Shown piece by piece: positions 1 through 11,876 of a stretch of 64,000 bases of DNA. Numbering within the stretch: the stretch's first letter is position 1; each line of letters opens with the position of its first letter. The notes under the pieces were generated by a model. It was given only the letters and a program-made list of their open reading frames with translations. It had not been told where the DNA came from and made no database searches. Origin of the DNA: an uncultured delta proteobacterium (lineage in GTDB: Bacteria > Myxococcota > B64-G9); contig CAVWHX010000006.1 in NCBI GenBank assembly GCA_963754925.1, positions 64,001-128,000 on the forward strand, in the 5' to 3' direction. The translations under genes were made by a program, and so were the position numbers.

Positions 1-70
1 AAGATGAGATTAAGGACTGAATAGGTTTATGGCGACAGAGTGGTGTGAGTGGAACTATGTGGCGCTATTT
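1..70. repeat. Intergenic repeat, distal part (similar to 3661-3730); cut by window start
   Basis: aagatgagattaaggactgaataggt...ggaactatgtggc aligns with aagatgagcttgaggactgaataggt...ggaactatgtggc at 3661. Confidence 0.85.
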
Positions 71-200
71 CAATGTGGAGGAGGTCACAAGAAAGCCCAT
101 GATAAACTCCATATTAAATCTTGCGTCCAAAAGCATAGGTGGTTTATTCTTATTATCCTTTAGTAAATGAAAATTAATGGAAAAATAATGGAGGTTTCAT

Positions 201-647
201 ATGTTCAATCCCACAAGTATACTGGTACCTACAGATTTTTCCGGCACCGCAGAGAAAGCATTTCAAGACGCCATTGATATTGCGAGGCGGACTAATGCGG
301 CTCTTTATCTTCTCCATGTAAATGAAGTGATCCAGCAATGCGCGATCGACTATTGCCTGGACGCCGCCACAGTGGAGCAGATAGAAAATAAAACAATAGC
401 GACGTCCAAGAAAATGCTTCAAAAGATAATTGACAAATTCCCGGAAGCGAAAGGACTCAAGATTCAAATGGATGTTAAAAAAGGGAACCCATATGAAGAA
501 ATTTTAAAGGAACAAGAAGCCAAAAAAGTCGATCTCATTGTCATCGCTTCACATAAGGGAAAAGGATTTTTAGGGCATCTATTAGGTAGTGTAGCGGAAA
601 GAGTTGTCAGATCAGCGAAGTGCCCGGTATTAGTTGTAAAAAGCTAA
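201..647 (+). CDS. Universal stress protein (UspA family)
   Basis: N-terminal ILVPTDFS, GxPxxEI, DLIVIASH, LLGSVAERVVRSAKCPVLVV; GGAGG RBS upstream. Confidence 0.93.
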   Translation: MFNPTSILVPTDFSGTAEKAFQDAIDIARRTNAALYLLHVNEVIQQCAIDYCLDAATVEQIENKTIATSKKMLQKIIDKFPEAKGLKIQMDVKKGNPYEEILKEQEAKKVDLIVIASHKGKGFLGHLLGSVAERVVRSAKCPVLVVKS

Positions 648-696
648 AAGATCATAATGCGACTTTAAATGGTGTAGTGCCCTCCAGTTAGCATGC

Positions 697-766
697 TGTC
701 CTTCGCCAAAAAAAATCCAAGAGAAAAAACAAGTCAACCAAACCACAGTGATCGCAAGTTAGTGAA
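697..766. repeat. Intergenic repeat, proximal part (similar to 3568-3638)
   Basis: Shared core aaaaaacaagtcaaccaaacc plus similar flanks. Confidence 0.8.
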
Positions 767-1258
767 CTACAGAGATCCTTCCAGGCTTTGTTCGTAATCA
801 GTTATCGAGTTCGACCGTAATACGCACTATATTCACCGGCAAACGGTTGAGTCGGTACCGTCTGATTTTAATCGTATCAATGATAGATGCATTGGTGTTG
901 GCCAAGGGAAAAAGGAGCCAAAAGAAAAAACTCCCTATTGCACTTCATAGGGCGTAGGGTAACGAAAGAAGTGTGTCGCTGCTGTACGTTGGAATTTGGT
1001 TGATTCAACCCCTTGTTGACCGAGAAACTTTTTTCACTTGAGGAGATTTCGATAGTTATGGACGTAAAGGAAACTGGGTTACGGTCAGGCATTATTTCCG
1101 GTTGACAGCATTGCCGAACCGAAGTAACACTGTTCTGTTTTTTTACCAATCGAATGCAGCGAAGAACGTTGCTCTGTGGTCCGAGTGATGTGGTCGACTT
1201 GATCCGGCTCCTGCTCCCGGATGTCGGCGGTTGATGATTTCGACACAGGGGGTGCGAC

Positions 1259-3561
1259 ATGCCACGCGGCGCGATGGCCATTTCAAAGCTCTGGGCGCAA
1301 GCATCTGTGTTTACCTTTCTCATGGGTTTCACCGGGCTCGGCATCTTAGCGGCGGTTATCTACGAGCAGCAGGCGCCGCTGCCCGCACGGGTAGTGACAC
1401 CGAGCAGCGATGTTCTTTTTACCCGCGACGACATTATGGCCGGACAGCACATTTTCCAGAAGTATGAACTGATGCAGTACGGGACCCTCTTCGGACACGG
1501 CGCCTACCTCGGTCCCGACTTCACCGCCCAGTACCTACATGGCGCTGCCCTCGATATGATCTCGTTTTATGGAGAGAAGGAAGCGCCTGCGCCGGATGTC
1601 CGCGCCCGGGTCGTCCGTGAACTCAAGACCAACACCTACGATGGCGACATCGACACGATTGCATTCAGCGCGGGCCAAGTCCACGCTTTCGAGACTATGA
1701 ATCGGTTCTATCGGGACTTTTTCGGCATTCTCGATATCCAACGTGGTGTCAAACGGCCGGTCATCGACGATCCGGCCGAGGTACGCCGGCTGACCAGTTA
1801 CTTGGCCTGGGCAGCCTGGTCGGCAAGCGCCGAACGACCGGGCAAAGACTACTCGTACACGAACAACTGGCCGGACGAACCACTCGCAGGCAACACACCG
1901 ACCGCGGACAACTTTTTTTGGAGCGTGGTCAGCCTCATTTCCCTGCTGTGCGGTACGGGGCTTGTGCTCTTCTTTTTCGGGCGCTACAACGTGCTCGGGT
2001 GGCGCCGCGCCGACGAGGAAGGAATCCCTCCCGTGCAGTTCCGCCCGCCCGAAGAGGTCGGGCTTACACCCGCGCAACGGGCGACCGCGTGGTACTTCCT
2101 CGTTGTCGCCGGGCTATTCCTGGCGCAAGGACTGCTCGGGGGCATAAACGCCCACTACCACGCCGAGCCGGGAGGCTTCTACGGCGTCGATCTCGGCCGC
2201 TTACTCCCCTACAACCTCTCGCGCACCTGGCATGTGCAATTGGCACTTTTTTTGTTTCGGCCGCCTTCCTGGCTATGGGCATCTTCATCACCCCGATGAT
2301 CGCTGGCCGGGAGCCGAAGCATCAGGACAAGCTCGCCATCGGCCTTTTCGGCGCGGTGGTGGTGGTTGTGTTAGGGAGCCTTCTGGGCGAAGCGCTCAGC
2401 ATTAAGGACATCATCCCGCGCAGCGGACCATGGTTCTGGGTGGGCTCCCAGGGATGGGAATACCTTGACCTCGGCCGCCTCTGGCAGCTGCTGCTGGTCA
2501 TCGGGATGTTCGTCTGGGTGGCGATAATCTTCCGCGGTCTGCGCACGCGGCTTGCTGAGGAGCATCCGGGAAACCTTCCCTTTTTGTTTATCTATAGCGC
2601 TCTATCCATCCCCGTCTTTTACACCGTGGGCATGTTCTTCGGGCCCAACTCGCACTTCGTGATCGTGGACTTCTGGCGCTTCTGGGTCGTCCACTTGTGG
2701 GTTGAGGATTTCCTGGAGCTCTTTACGACCATCATGGTCGCCTACATCTTTGTTCTGCTCGGTGTCGTGGCGCAAAAAACTGCGACGCGCATCGTTTACC
2801 TCGACATCATTCTCTACTCAATCGGCGGCGTCATCGGCACGATGCATCATCTCTATTTCAGCGGCTCGCCCTCGGTGCACATGGCGATGGGAGCCTTCTT
2901 TTCCGCGATGGAGGTGATACCCCTGGTCCTGCTGAGTGTCGAGGCCTATCGTTTCATACGGTTGGGTGAAGGTGCCGGCACACAGCCGGCGAAGCCATTC
3001 CCCCACAAGTGGGCGGTGATGTTCCTTATCGCCGTGGGCTTCTGGAACTTTCTGGGCGCGGGCGTGTTCGGTTTCCTGATCAACCTGCCGATCGTAAGCT
3101 ACTACGAGATAGGCACTCAGTTAACCGCCAACCACGGCCACGGTGCGCTGATGGGCGTCTACGGCATGTTGGCCATGGGTTTCTTCATGTTCGTAGCGCG
3201 TTACTTCATTCCGCCCGATAGCCGCAGCGAACGCGCGATGAAGATCTCCTTCTGGAGCCTGAACATCGGGCTTGCGTACATGCTCTTCGTCAACCTCGTG
3301 CCGATCGGTTTGTTCCAGCTCTTCGACAGCTTTCAGAACGGCTATTGGCACGCGCGGGCGCCCGAGTTCTTCCTGCGCCCGGAGATACGCGTTCTCGAGT
3401 GGCTGCGCTTACCCGGCGATGTGCTATTTATCGTCGGCGGTATACTTCCGGTGGTCTATCTCGCCATCCGCGTGTTCCGCGGGCGAACACGCTATCGAAA
3501 ACTGGCAACCGGCGCGCCGGCCGAGGAGTTTACGCAGGCAATGCATGACGGATCGGCATAA
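1259..3561 (+). CDS. norB: Quinol-dependent nitric oxide reductase (qNor), split by a 1-nt frameshift near 2247-2253
   Basis: YGTLFGHGAYLGPDFTA, YTNNWP, QGWEYLDLGR, HLWVEDFLELF, GTMHHLYF, HGHGALMGVYG; two overlapping ORFs join at a T7 run where T8 restores LALFFVSAA. Confidence 0.92.
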
Positions 3562-3567
3562 TCCCCT

Positions 3568-3730
3568 TGTCTCTAGCCCAAACAAAATTCGAGATAAAAA
3601 ACAAGTCAACCAAACCTTGGTAAGCGTAGGTTGGTGAAATCACCATTCTGGATATTAGAAAAGATGAGCTTGAGGACTGAATAGGTCACAGCGACGAGTG
3701 GTGCGAGCGGAACTATGTGGCACGATTTCT
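3568..3730. repeat. Full copy of intergenic repeat between norB and nuoA
   Basis: First half matches 697-766, second half matches 1-70. Confidence 0.8.
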
Positions 3731-3871
3731 GGCTGGAGTAGAGTAGTGCAGGTGACATGAATATGTTTTGGAAAAGCAGACAAACATTGTCCTTGACGTC
3801 CTCTTTTGGAATGATTAGCCTCCGTAACAGTTTTTTTCCCTCTTTGGACATATTGAACCTCTGAGGCGCCT

Positions 3872-4330
3872 GTGTATCAGATCACGACACCACCTTTGAC
3901 TATTCCCGTCGGCGAGGCTCAACCGAGCCTTGAAAGTCTCGTCTCTCTCGCACTCTACACCGGTATGGTAGTGTTCTTGGTGCTCTTGCTGATGGTTGTG
4001 GCCTACCGGTTCGGCCGCAAGACCCAAAACAAAGTCAAAGGCCAGCCGTTCGAATCCGGTATTGAGCCGACAGGCCAAGCCCGGCTGCACGAACCCGTGC
4101 CCTTCTATCTGGTGGCCATTTTCTTTACCATTTTTGATGTCGAGACGCTGTTTATCGTCTCGTGGGCGGTGGCCTATGATCACCTGGGTTGGGCCGGGTT
4201 TGCACAGATGGCGGTGTTTATCGGGGTGTTGTTTGTGGCCCTTATCTACCTATGGAAAGTGGGGGCCCTGAACTGGGGGCCGACCGCCGCGCGCCCGCCG
4301 GGACATAAGGTTCCAGGGGATTGCGAATGA
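3872..4330 (+). CDS. nuoA: NADH-quinone oxidoreductase subunit A
   Basis: [24 protein letters not shown]; three TM helices; exact start uncertain. Confidence 0.92.
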   Translation: MYQITTPPLTIPVGEAQPSLESLVSLALYTGMVVFLVLLLMVVAYRFGRKTQNKVKGQPFESGIEPTGQARLHEPVPFYLVAIFFTIFDVETLFIVSWAVAYDHLGWAGFAQMAVFIGVLFVALIYLWKVGALNWGPTAARPPGHKVPGDCE

Positions 4331-6717
4331 GCGCGAAACTTCCGCAGGGCGTGCTGCTGACCAACGTCGACGATTTGGTCAACTGGGGCCGCAAGAACAG
4401 CCCGTGGCCGGCGTTTTTCGGGCTGTCCTGCTGCTTCGTAGAGATGATGACCACCCTTACCCCACGCTTTGACATTGCCCGCTTCGGAGCCGAGGTGCTT
4501 CGCAGTTCGCCGCGTGAAGCAGACGTCATGATTATATCGGGCACCCCATTCAAGAAGATGGGGCCGGCCATCCTGCGCGTGTATGAGCAGATGGCCAACC
4601 CCAAATGGGTCATCTCGATGGGCAGCTGCGCCAACTCTGGCGGTATGTACGATGTCTACAGCGTCATGCAGGGAGTTCACCAGATTTTGCCGGTGGACGT
4701 CTATATCCCCGGCTGCCCGCCCCGTCCCGAGGCCTTCCTGCAGGGGTTGATCATGCTGCAGGAAAAGATAGCCCGCGAGGAGCAGCCCGCTCGTCCGGTG
4801 CTCGGCTTGCAAGGCGGCAGCGAAGGCACCACCGCCCCGATCCTGATCGACGGCGTCACCAAAAGCCGCGACACGCGCGGGCCCGGGTACGGCAACAGCC
4901 CCATTCGGGGCACTTCCCAGCAGCACCCGCGCTTTTGGGGGAACCGGAATGGCTTGATCTGGCGACCGCCGCAAGCGCGGGTATCATTTGTTTCGTCAAC
5001 GCCGGATCTGCGCCGCGCCGTCGCCGAGCGCTTCGGCGCCGGGGAGGTCCGGGAAGACGAGGCCGCCGCCGACATGCCCACCTTCGTGGCTGAACGCACG
5101 CACGCCCCCGTGCTACTCCGCTTCCTGAAGGAGGAAGCTCCCGTCAAATACCGGCGGCTGGAGGATCTGACCGCCGTCGATGAGAGCGCCCGCGAGCAAC
5201 GACCGGACCACTCCTTCACCCTGGTATACCACCTGCTCTCGTTCGATGACCCCGGGTACGTCCGCGTCAAGGTTCCGCTTAAAGGCTCCGATCCGGAGGC
5301 GCCCACCGTCACCGAGGTATGGTCCTCGGCCGATTGGTATGAACGCGAGGTGTTCGACATGTTCGGCATACGCTTCGCGGGCCACCCCAATCTGCGGCGC
5401 ATCCTGATGCCCGATTCGTGGGTCGGGCACCCGCTGCGCAAGGGCCACCCGTCGCGCGCCACCGAAATGCCCCCGTACACCGCCGAGACCGCCGCCGCCA
5501 TGGCGCCCCGGGACGGCGGCGCCTTCTTTCCGGAGATCGAGTCGACCGACGATCCCAGCACCGTCATCTTGAACATCGGGCCCAACCATCCCGGCACGCA
5601 CGGCGTTTTAAGGCTCATCCTCAAATTGAAAGGCGAGGAGATAGTCGATCTCGATGCCGACATCGGCTACCACCACCGCGGGGCCGAGAAGATCGGCGAG
5701 CGCCAACACTGGAACCAATACATACCCTACACCGATCGCATCGACTACCTCTCCGGCGTGCAGAACAACCTGGCATACCTTCACGCGCTTGAGACCATGT
5801 TGGGGGTGACCGTTCCCGAGCGCGCCCAGGTTATCCGGGTCATGCTGTGCGAGCTGTTCCGCATCGCCAATCACCTGGTGTGGCTCGGCACCATGGGCAA
5901 CGATGTCGGGGCCATGACGCCGGTGTTCTACGCCTTTCAGGCCCGCGAGGAGGTCTTCGACGTCACCGAGCTTATAACCGGCGGCCGTATGCACCCGAGC
6001 TGGTTCCGCATCGGCGGCGTGCCCGAGGACTTGCCCGAGGGTTGGAAGGAGGCGGTCGACCAATTCTGCCGGCTACTGCCGGGTCGACTCGACGACATGG
6101 AGAAGATGCTTACCGATGGACCCATCTTCCGGGCGCGCACCGAGGGAATCGGACGAATGTCCTTGGATCAGGCCATCGAGTGGGGGGTGAGCGGCCCCAA
6201 TCTGCGCGCCTGCGGCCTGCCCTGGGACCTGCGCGTGAAGATGCCGTATTCCGGCTACCACCGTTTCAATTTCAAGGTGGCGCGGGCCGAGGGCGGAGAC
6301 AGTTTCGCCCGCTATTTGGTGCGGCTCGAGGAGATGCGCCAGAGTCTGCGCATCGTACAGCAGGCGGCGGCCGATATGCCCGATGGGCGCTGGATCACCG
6401 ACGACTACCGCTATGCGTACCCGAAGCGCGAGGACGGCCTCAACGACATCGAAAGCCTGATCCACCATTTTCTCAATGTCTCCCGCGGGCCAACGTTTCC
6501 GAAAGGGGAATGTTATCGGGCCATCGAATCGAGCAAGGGCGAAAACGGTTACTACGCGGTGAGCGACGGCACGAGCGTTGCCTATCGCATGCGCATCCGC
6601 ACCCCTTCGTTTCCGCACATCCAATGTTTGCGGGATATTTCCCGCGGCTGGTTGGTGGCGGACCTCATGGCCATTTTAGGATCGATCGACTTCGTGTTGG
6701 CCGATCTGGATCGCTAA
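4327..6717 (+). CDS. nuoBCD: NADH-quinone oxidoreductase fused subunit B/C/D
   Basis: [27 protein letters not shown] (B); [17 protein letters not shown] (C); [41 protein letters not shown] (D) in one frame. Confidence 0.95.
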   Translation: MSAKLPQGVLLTNVDDLVNWGRKNSPWPAFFGLSCCFVEMMTTLTPRFDIARFGAEVLRSSPREADVMIISGTPFKKMGPAILRVYEQMANPKWVISMGSCANSGGMYDVYSVMQGVHQILPVDVYIPGCPPRPEAFLQGLIMLQEKIAREEQPARPVLGLQGGSEGTTAPILIDGVTKSRDTRGPGYGNSPIRGTSQQHPRFWGNRNGLIWRPPQARVSFVSSTPDLRRAVAERFGAGEVREDEAAADMPTFVAERTHAPVLLRFLKEEAPVKYRRLEDLTAVDESAREQRPDHSFTLVYHLLSFDDPGYVRVKVPLKGSDPEAPTVTEVWSSADWYEREVFDMFGIRFAGHPNLRRILMPDSWVGHPLRKGHPSRATEMPPYTAETAAAMAPRDGGAFFPEIESTDDPSTVILNIGPNHPGTHGVLRLILKLKGEEIVDLDADIGYHHRGAEKIGERQHWNQYIPYTDRIDYLSGVQNNLAYLHALETMLGVTVPERAQVIRVMLCELFRIANHLVWLGTMGNDVGAMTPVFYAFQAREEVFDVTELITGGRMHPSWFRIGGVPEDLPEGWKEAVDQFCRLLPGRLDDMEKMLTDGPIFRARTEGIGRMSLDQAIEWGVSGPNLRACGLPWDLRVKMPYSGYHRFNFKVARAEGGDSFARYLVRLEEMRQSLRIVQQAAADMPDGRWITDDYRYAYPKREDGLNDIESLIHHFLNVSRGPTFPKGECYRAIESSKGENGYYAVSDGTSVAYRMRIRTPSFPHIQCLRDISRGWLVADLMAILGSIDFVLADLDR

Positions 6718-6719
6718 CA

Positions 6720-7208
6720 ATGCAGACGCTTCTGAAACCGCAGACGCTCGCAGAACTCCAACGCCAGGCGGCGGCGTGCGCCCACCCGCAGGAATTGGTG
6801 GTTGACGTCCTGCGGGCTATACAGAGCGAATACGGCTGGGTCCCCGACGAAGGCGTGGAGCTGACCGCGCAGGTGCTTCAGCTTGCGCCCATCCAGGTCG
6901 AGGAGGTGGCCACCTTTTATGACAAAATTTACCGTCGTCCGGTGGGCAAGAAGGTCATCCATCTGTGCGACTCCATCTGCTGTTGGAGCCGGGACGAACA
7001 GGCCATACGGGAGCATCTGAAGAAACGATTGGGCATCGCCATGGGCCAAACCACCCCGGACGGGATCTTCACCCTGCTTCCCACCGTTTGCTTGGGTGCC
7101 TGCGACAAGGCGCCGGCCATGCTGATCGGCTTCAACCTCTATGGCCCGCTCACACCCGAGCAGGTCGATCGCATTTTGGACGATGAGCGCCAGGGGGTGA
7201 CCGGATGA
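6720..7208 (+). CDS. nuoE: NADH-quinone oxidoreductase subunit E
   Basis: VATFY, CDSICC, CLGACDKAP 2Fe-2S ligands; ATG at 6720. Confidence 0.93.
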   Translation: MQTLLKPQTLAELQRQAAACAHPQELVVDVLRAIQSEYGWVPDEGVELTAQVLQLAPIQVEEVATFYDKIYRRPVGKKVIHLCDSICCWSRDEQAIREHLKKRLGIAMGQTTPDGIFTLLPTVCLGACDKAPAMLIGFNLYGPLTPEQVDRILDDERQGVTG

Positions 7209-8476
7209 GCGCCACCCTGGTGTTGCTCAAGAATCGCCGGCCGGGACAGACGGCCTTCCTCGCGGAATATCAGCGGGCCGGCGGCTACCAGGCCTTGCGT
7301 CAGGCAGTGGGTAACATGGAGCCCGCGGCGATCCGCACGTTGGTGCTGGATTCCGGCTTGCGGGGACGCGGCGGGGCTGGGTTTCCCACCGGACGCAAAT
7401 GGTCGTTTTTCCCGTCCGATTCCCCGGGCGAGAAGTACCTGGTATGCAACAGCGACGAGATGGAGCCAGGCACTTACAAGGATCGCATTCTGATCGAGTC
7501 CGATCCGCACCTGTTGGTCGAGGGGATGGCGCTCGCGGCGTACGCCATGGGCATTCCGGTGGGCTACATCTTTATTCGCTACGCGTACGAGCCCTATGCG
7601 CGGTATCTGGAGCGAGCCATCGCCGAGGCTACCGAAGCCGGCTTTCTCGGCGCGAACATCCTGGGCTCGGGTTTTTCCTTCGAGCTGCGCGTCCATCGCA
7701 GCGCCGGACGCTATATCTTGGGCGAGGAAAGCGCCCTGCTCAACGGTCTCGAGGGCATTCGTCCCAATCCGCGCCTGCGGCCTCCGTTCCCGGCGCAACG
7801 CGGTCTGTTCGGGCGGCCGACCACGGTACAGAACGTCGAGACGCTCTGCAACATTCCCGGCATCGTGCAGCAGGGCGCCGCCTGGTTCCGTTCGCTGGCG
7901 CTCGTCACGGAAGGCGCCGGAACCAAGTTGTTCGGACTATCGGGACACCTGAACCGAACCGAGTGCTTCGAGCTGCCCCTGGGAATTCCCTTGCGCCAGG
8001 TGATCGAGGAATCGGGTGGCGGGGTATGGAAAGGGCGGCGCTTCAAGGCCTGCCTGCCCGGCGGCGCCTCGACGCCCTACCTGCGTGAGGACCACCTGGA
8101 CGTGCCCATGGATTTCGCCGCCCTGGAAAAAGTGGGCAGTCGGCTGGGCACGGCCGGGGTCACGGTGTTTGATGACCGCACCTGCATGGTGCAGGCCACC
8201 CGCAACTTGATTCGCTTTTTTACCCGCGAGAGCTGCGGTTGGTGCACCCCCTGCCGCGAGGGTTTGCCGTTTGTCGGTTACCTGCTCCAGAAGATCGAAG
8301 ACGGGCAGGGCACGGCGGAGGACGTGGAGATTCTGAAGCGCCAGATTCCGACCATCAACCAGTCGTTTTGCGCGCTGGCGGTGGGAGCCATGGAACCGCT
8401 GGCGAGCCTCCTACGGTTATTCGAGGAAGAGGTGCTGGCCCATGTGAAGATCGGCCGGTGCCCGCTGCGGAGCTGA
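7205..8476 (+). CDS. nuoF: NADH-quinone oxidoreductase subunit F
   Basis: SGLRGRGGAGFPTG, NSDEMEPG, GEESAL, ESCGWCTPCREG. Confidence 0.96.
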   Translation: MSATLVLLKNRRPGQTAFLAEYQRAGGYQALRQAVGNMEPAAIRTLVLDSGLRGRGGAGFPTGRKWSFFPSDSPGEKYLVCNSDEMEPGTYKDRILIESDPHLLVEGMALAAYAMGIPVGYIFIRYAYEPYARYLERAIAEATEAGFLGANILGSGFSFELRVHRSAGRYILGEESALLNGLEGIRPNPRLRPPFPAQRGLFGRPTTVQNVETLCNIPGIVQQGAAWFRSLALVTEGAGTKLFGLSGHLNRTECFELPLGIPLRQVIEESGGGVWKGRRFKACLPGGASTPYLREDHLDVPMDFAALEKVGSRLGTAGVTVFDDRTCMVQATRNLIRFFTRESCGWCTPCREGLPFVGYLLQKIEDGQGTAEDVEILKRQIPTINQSFCALAVGAMEPLASLLRLFEEEVLAHVKIGRCPLRS

Positions 8477-8481
8477 ACGTT

Positions 8482-10881
8482 ATGCCGACCTTGACCATCG
8501 ATAACCGAACCGTTACTGTGCCGCCCGGGTTCAACGTGCTCCAGGCCGCGCAGGCGTTGGGCATCGTTATACCGCACTACTGCTATCATGAAGCCCTGGG
8601 AGCGGTGGGGGCCTGCCGGTTTTGCGCCATGAGCTTTCTCGATGGGCCCATCAAGGGCCTCAGGATGTCCTGCCTAGTCGAGGCCCTAGACGGCATGGTA
8701 GTGTCGACGCTGGATCCGGCAGCCCAAGAGATGCGCCGCAGCGTGACCGAATGGCTGATGATCAATCACCCGCACGACTGCCCCGTGTGCGACGAAGGCG
8801 GCGAGTGCCAATTGCAGGACATGACGGTGGCGAGCGGGCACGGCATCCGCCGCTATCGCGGACGCAAACGCACGTTCAATAACCAAGATCTGGGACCTTT
8901 CATTGAGCACGAGATGAACCGCTGCATCCAGTGTTATCGCTGTGTGCGCACCTATCGCGATTATTGCGGCGGCGACGACTTCGGCGTGCTGGGAGTTAAC
9001 CAGCGCGTGTATTTCGGCCGCTTCAAAGAGGGACGGTTGCAAAGCCCGTTTTCCGGAAACCTGGTCGATGTGTGCCCCACCGGCGTGTTTACCGACAAGA
9101 CCTTCCGGTTCAGAGCGCGGCCCTGGGACCTCCAGGAAGCCCCTTCCGTTTGCCCGCACTGCTCGCTCGGCTGCGCGCTGATTCCCGGTGCCTGCCAGCG
9201 TGAGCTTCGGCGGGTGCGTTCCGGAGTCAACCGCGAGACCAACGGGTTTTTTATCTGCGATCGCGGACGGTTCGGTTACGGCCTCGCCAATCATCCAGAG
9301 CGCCCGCGGATGCCGATTCGGGAGGGCAGGGAGGCGTCCTGGGATCAGGCGCAGTCGTTCGTCCGGGAGCAGCTCGCAGCGCTCGTACGGCGTCACGGTT
9401 CGAACAGCGTAGCCTTCCTGGGTTCGCCGCGCGCTTCGCTTGAAGCCAACGGCGCCTTGCTCCTGTGGTCGCGGGAGTTGAAAAGCGATCGCCTATGCTT
9501 CGAGTGCCATCCCCGGCGAGATCGTGCTGCGCGCGCATGCGCCGGCGGTTTGGGCGAGCGCGCTCGCTCCCTCCAGGAAATCCGCGGCAGCGACTTTGTG
9601 ATGGCGTTCGGATTGGATCCGTTGGCCGAGGGGCCGTTGGTAGCGTTGGCTCTTCGTCAGGCGGCGCGGGCGGGAGGCTCTGTGGCCGTACTGGATCCGC
9701 GGCCGGTTATGCTTCCCAGCGCGTTCGAACACCTGCCGCTGCAGCCTGAAAAATTGGCCGAGGTTCTTTCGGCGATGGGCGGCGGATTGCTGAGAAGCGT
9801 TACTCCCGCCGAGGCGGAGGTATTGAAGTCGTTGAGAAGGCGCCTACAGGAGGCCCGGCGACCGATGCTTCTGGGCGGCGTTGATCTGCTGGGGCCGGAG
9901 GGAGTCGCCCGATTGCTGCAGGCCGCCGCGTACCTTTCGACCGCGGAACGTCCTTGCGGGGCGTCTGTGGTGCTGGCCGGTCCCAACAGCTTCGGCGGCG
10001 CACTTTTGGCCGAGGCCGGGCCGGACTTCGATGAGCTGCTCGCGGGTATCGAGAACGGGCAGATACGGGCGCTGGTCTGCCTCCAGGCCGACCCGCTCTC
10101 GGATCATCCCGAACATGCCCGAGTCGCATCGGCCCTTGCCAAGCTGGAACTGCTGGTGGTGCTCGACTGCGTACCCTCGTCAACCGCCGGCCGCGCCACG
10201 GTGTTTCTGCCGACCACGGTCACGGCTGAGGAAGAAGGGACCTTCGTCTCCCATGAAGGCCGGATGCAGCGCTACGCCAAGGTATTTTTCCCGGGCCTGC
10301 CGATCCGGGTGACCGGTGCGGGCGATCATCCGCCGCGGACATTCTTCCAAGAAACGCCGGGAGACCTGCCGCGGCCCGCCTGGGAGACCCTGGAGGTTCT
10401 CGCTGGCCGGGCTCCTGCGATCGAGGATCTGCGTCTCCGGATAGAAGCGCACCATGGCCGTTTCTCAGGACTGGTGAGCCTCGAAGCCGCCGATAACGGA
10501 AAACGACTCAGCGGCGCCGCGCAGGCAGCGGGAACGGCGGCGAAAGCGGCCGTCGGATCGGAAAGCGGGCTGCGTCTTTTGGTGACCGAAGCCTTGTTTG
10601 GTTCCGAGGTGCTCAGCTCATACTCACAAGCCTTGGAAGCGGTTAATCCGGTGCCGACTGCGGTGTTGCACGCCCAGGACGCCGCGGCCCTCGGTATCGC
10701 CGAGGGCGATCTGGTCAGGGTTTCCTGGCCAAACGGCAGGGTTGAGCTGAGAGTGCGGTTGTCTCAGCGCATGGCGCGCAGACTGGTCGTGGTGCCGCGT
10801 TTGCGGCGGACCGTGCTTCAGGACCTCGTGCCGGGAAGTTCGCTTATGCCCTGCAAACTGGAGAAAGGAGCGCCCGGATGA
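8482..10881 (+). CDS. nuoG: NADH-quinone oxidoreductase subunit G
   Basis: IPHYCYH, GACRFC, HPHDCPVCDEGGECQLQ, RCIQCYRC, VCPTG, CPHCSLGC; ATG at 8482. Confidence 0.95.
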   Translation: MPTLTIDNRTVTVPPGFNVLQAAQALGIVIPHYCYHEALGAVGACRFCAMSFLDGPIKGLRMSCLVEALDGMVVSTLDPAAQEMRRSVTEWLMINHPHDCPVCDEGGECQLQDMTVASGHGIRRYRGRKRTFNNQDLGPFIEHEMNRCIQCYRCVRTYRDYCGGDDFGVLGVNQRVYFGRFKEGRLQSPFSGNLVDVCPTGVFTDKTFRFRARPWDLQEAPSVCPHCSLGCALIPGACQRELRRVRSGVNRETNGFFICDRGRFGYGLANHPERPRMPIREGREASWDQAQSFVREQLAALVRRHGSNSVAFLGSPRASLEANGALLLWSRELKSDRLCFECHPRRDRAARACAGGLGERARSLQEIRGSDFVMAFGLDPLAEGPLVALALRQAARAGGSVAVLDPRPVMLPSAFEHLPLQPEKLAEVLSAMGGGLLRSVTPAEAEVLKSLRRRLQEARRPMLLGGVDLLGPEGVARLLQAAAYLSTAERPCGASVVLAGPNSFGGALLAEAGPDFDELLAGIENGQIRALVCLQADPLSDHPEHARVASALAKLELLVVLDCVPSSTAGRATVFLPTTVTAEEEGTFVSHEGRMQRYAKVFFPGLPIRVTGAGDHPPRTFFQETPGDLPRPAWETLEVLAGRAPAIEDLRLRIEAHHGRFSGLVSLEAADNGKRLSGAAQAAGTAAKAAVGSESGLRLLVTEALFGSEVLSSYSQALEAVNPVPTAVLHAQDAAALGIAEGDLVRVSWPNGRVELRVRLSQRMARRLVVVPRLRRTVLQDLVPGSSLMPCKLEKGAPG

Positions 10882-11876
10882 ACGAAATATTATTCACCGG
10901 CCTCCTGATCCTGGTCAAACTGGTAGTCATTCTGGGGGTTGTCCTGACCGCCGCTGCCTATTTGGTGCTCATGGAACGCAAACTGTTGGCTCGGATGCAG
11001 CTGCGCTATGGGCCGAACCGGGTGGGCCCTTTCGGGACGCTGCAACCCTTGGCAGACGTGATCAAGATGATTACCAAAGAAGACGTCGTCCCGGCGCAGG
11101 CCGATCGGTTTGTGTTTCTGTTGGCCCCGGGGATCGCGGCGGTTACCGCCATACTCACCTTTGCGGTGGTGCCCTTCTCACCTCCCCTGCAGATATTCGG
11201 GCGCGAGATACCGATGGTCGTATGCGACCTGAACGTGGGGGTACTATTTTTCCTGGGGCTTTCCTCTCTGGGGGTCTATGGCGTGACCCTGGGGGGCTGG
11301 GCCTCCAACTCAAAGTATTCGTTGCTTGGGTCGCTGCGCGCATTGGCCCAGCTTATTTCCTACGAGCTGACCATGGGTCTGGCTCTTGTGCCGGTGATCC
11401 TCATGGCGCGCTCGTTCTCACTCACCGACATTGTCAACGCCCAAGAGCGAGTCCCCTTCATCGTCTATGCGCCAGTGTCATTCGTGATCTTCTTGGGGAG
11501 CGTTATGGCCGAGTCGCGGCGCGTGCCGTTCGACCTGCCCGAAGCGGAAAGCGAACTGACGGCCGGGTACCACACCGAGTATTCGGGCCTGCGCTTCGGC
11601 TTGTACTTTGTGGGCGAGTACATCAACATGATAGTCCTCGGTTCTCTCAGCGCGGTGTTCTTTCTGGGCGGCTGGCATGGTCCGTGGCTGCCGCCGATTG
11701 TTTGGTTCCTTATCAAGGTGTTTGCGATCGTTTTCATATTCATCTGGGTGCGCGGGAGTCTCCCACGGCTGCGCTACGATCAGCTGATGTATCTCGGCTG
11801 GAAAGTGTTCGTCCCGCTGGCGTTGGTAAATTTGTTGGTCACCGGTTTCGTGCTGCTTGTGGCGAGGGGAACATGA
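10878..11876 (+). CDS. nuoH: NADH-quinone oxidoreductase subunit H
   Basis: ERK, RYGPNRVGP, AQLISYE, PFDLPEAESEL, PRLRYDQLM. Confidence 0.96.
   Translation: MNEILFTGLLILVKLVVILGVVLTAAAYLVLMERKLLARMQLRYGPNRVGPFGTLQPLADVIKMITKEDVVPAQADRFVFLLAPGIAAVTAILTFAVVPFSPPLQIFGREIPMVVCDLNVGVLFFLGLSSLGVYGVTLGGWASNSKYSLLGSLRALAQLISYELTMGLALVPVILMARSFSLTDIVNAQERVPFIVYAPVSFVIFLGSVMAESRRVPFDLPEAESELTAGYHTEYSGLRFGLYFVGEYINMIVLGSLSAVFFLGGWHGPWLPPIVWFLIKVFAIVFIFIWVRGSLPRLRYDQLMYLGWKVFVPLALVNLLVTGFVLLVARGT

Noticed and set aside
770..1258. FNR/NorR/NsrR sites upstream of norB, including palindrome GGTTGATTCAACC at 998-1010
   Set aside because: No full FNR box; GT-N7-AC is too short to be meaningful and no sigma54 promoter accompanies it
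877..1344. 155-aa minus-strand ORF
   Set aside because: Overlaps the norB start; no recognisable motif or RBS
3718..3733. Sigma54 promoter upstream of nuoA (TGGCACGATTTCTGG)
   Set aside because: -12 position is GG rather than GC, and it lies in a repeat whose other copy lacks the motif
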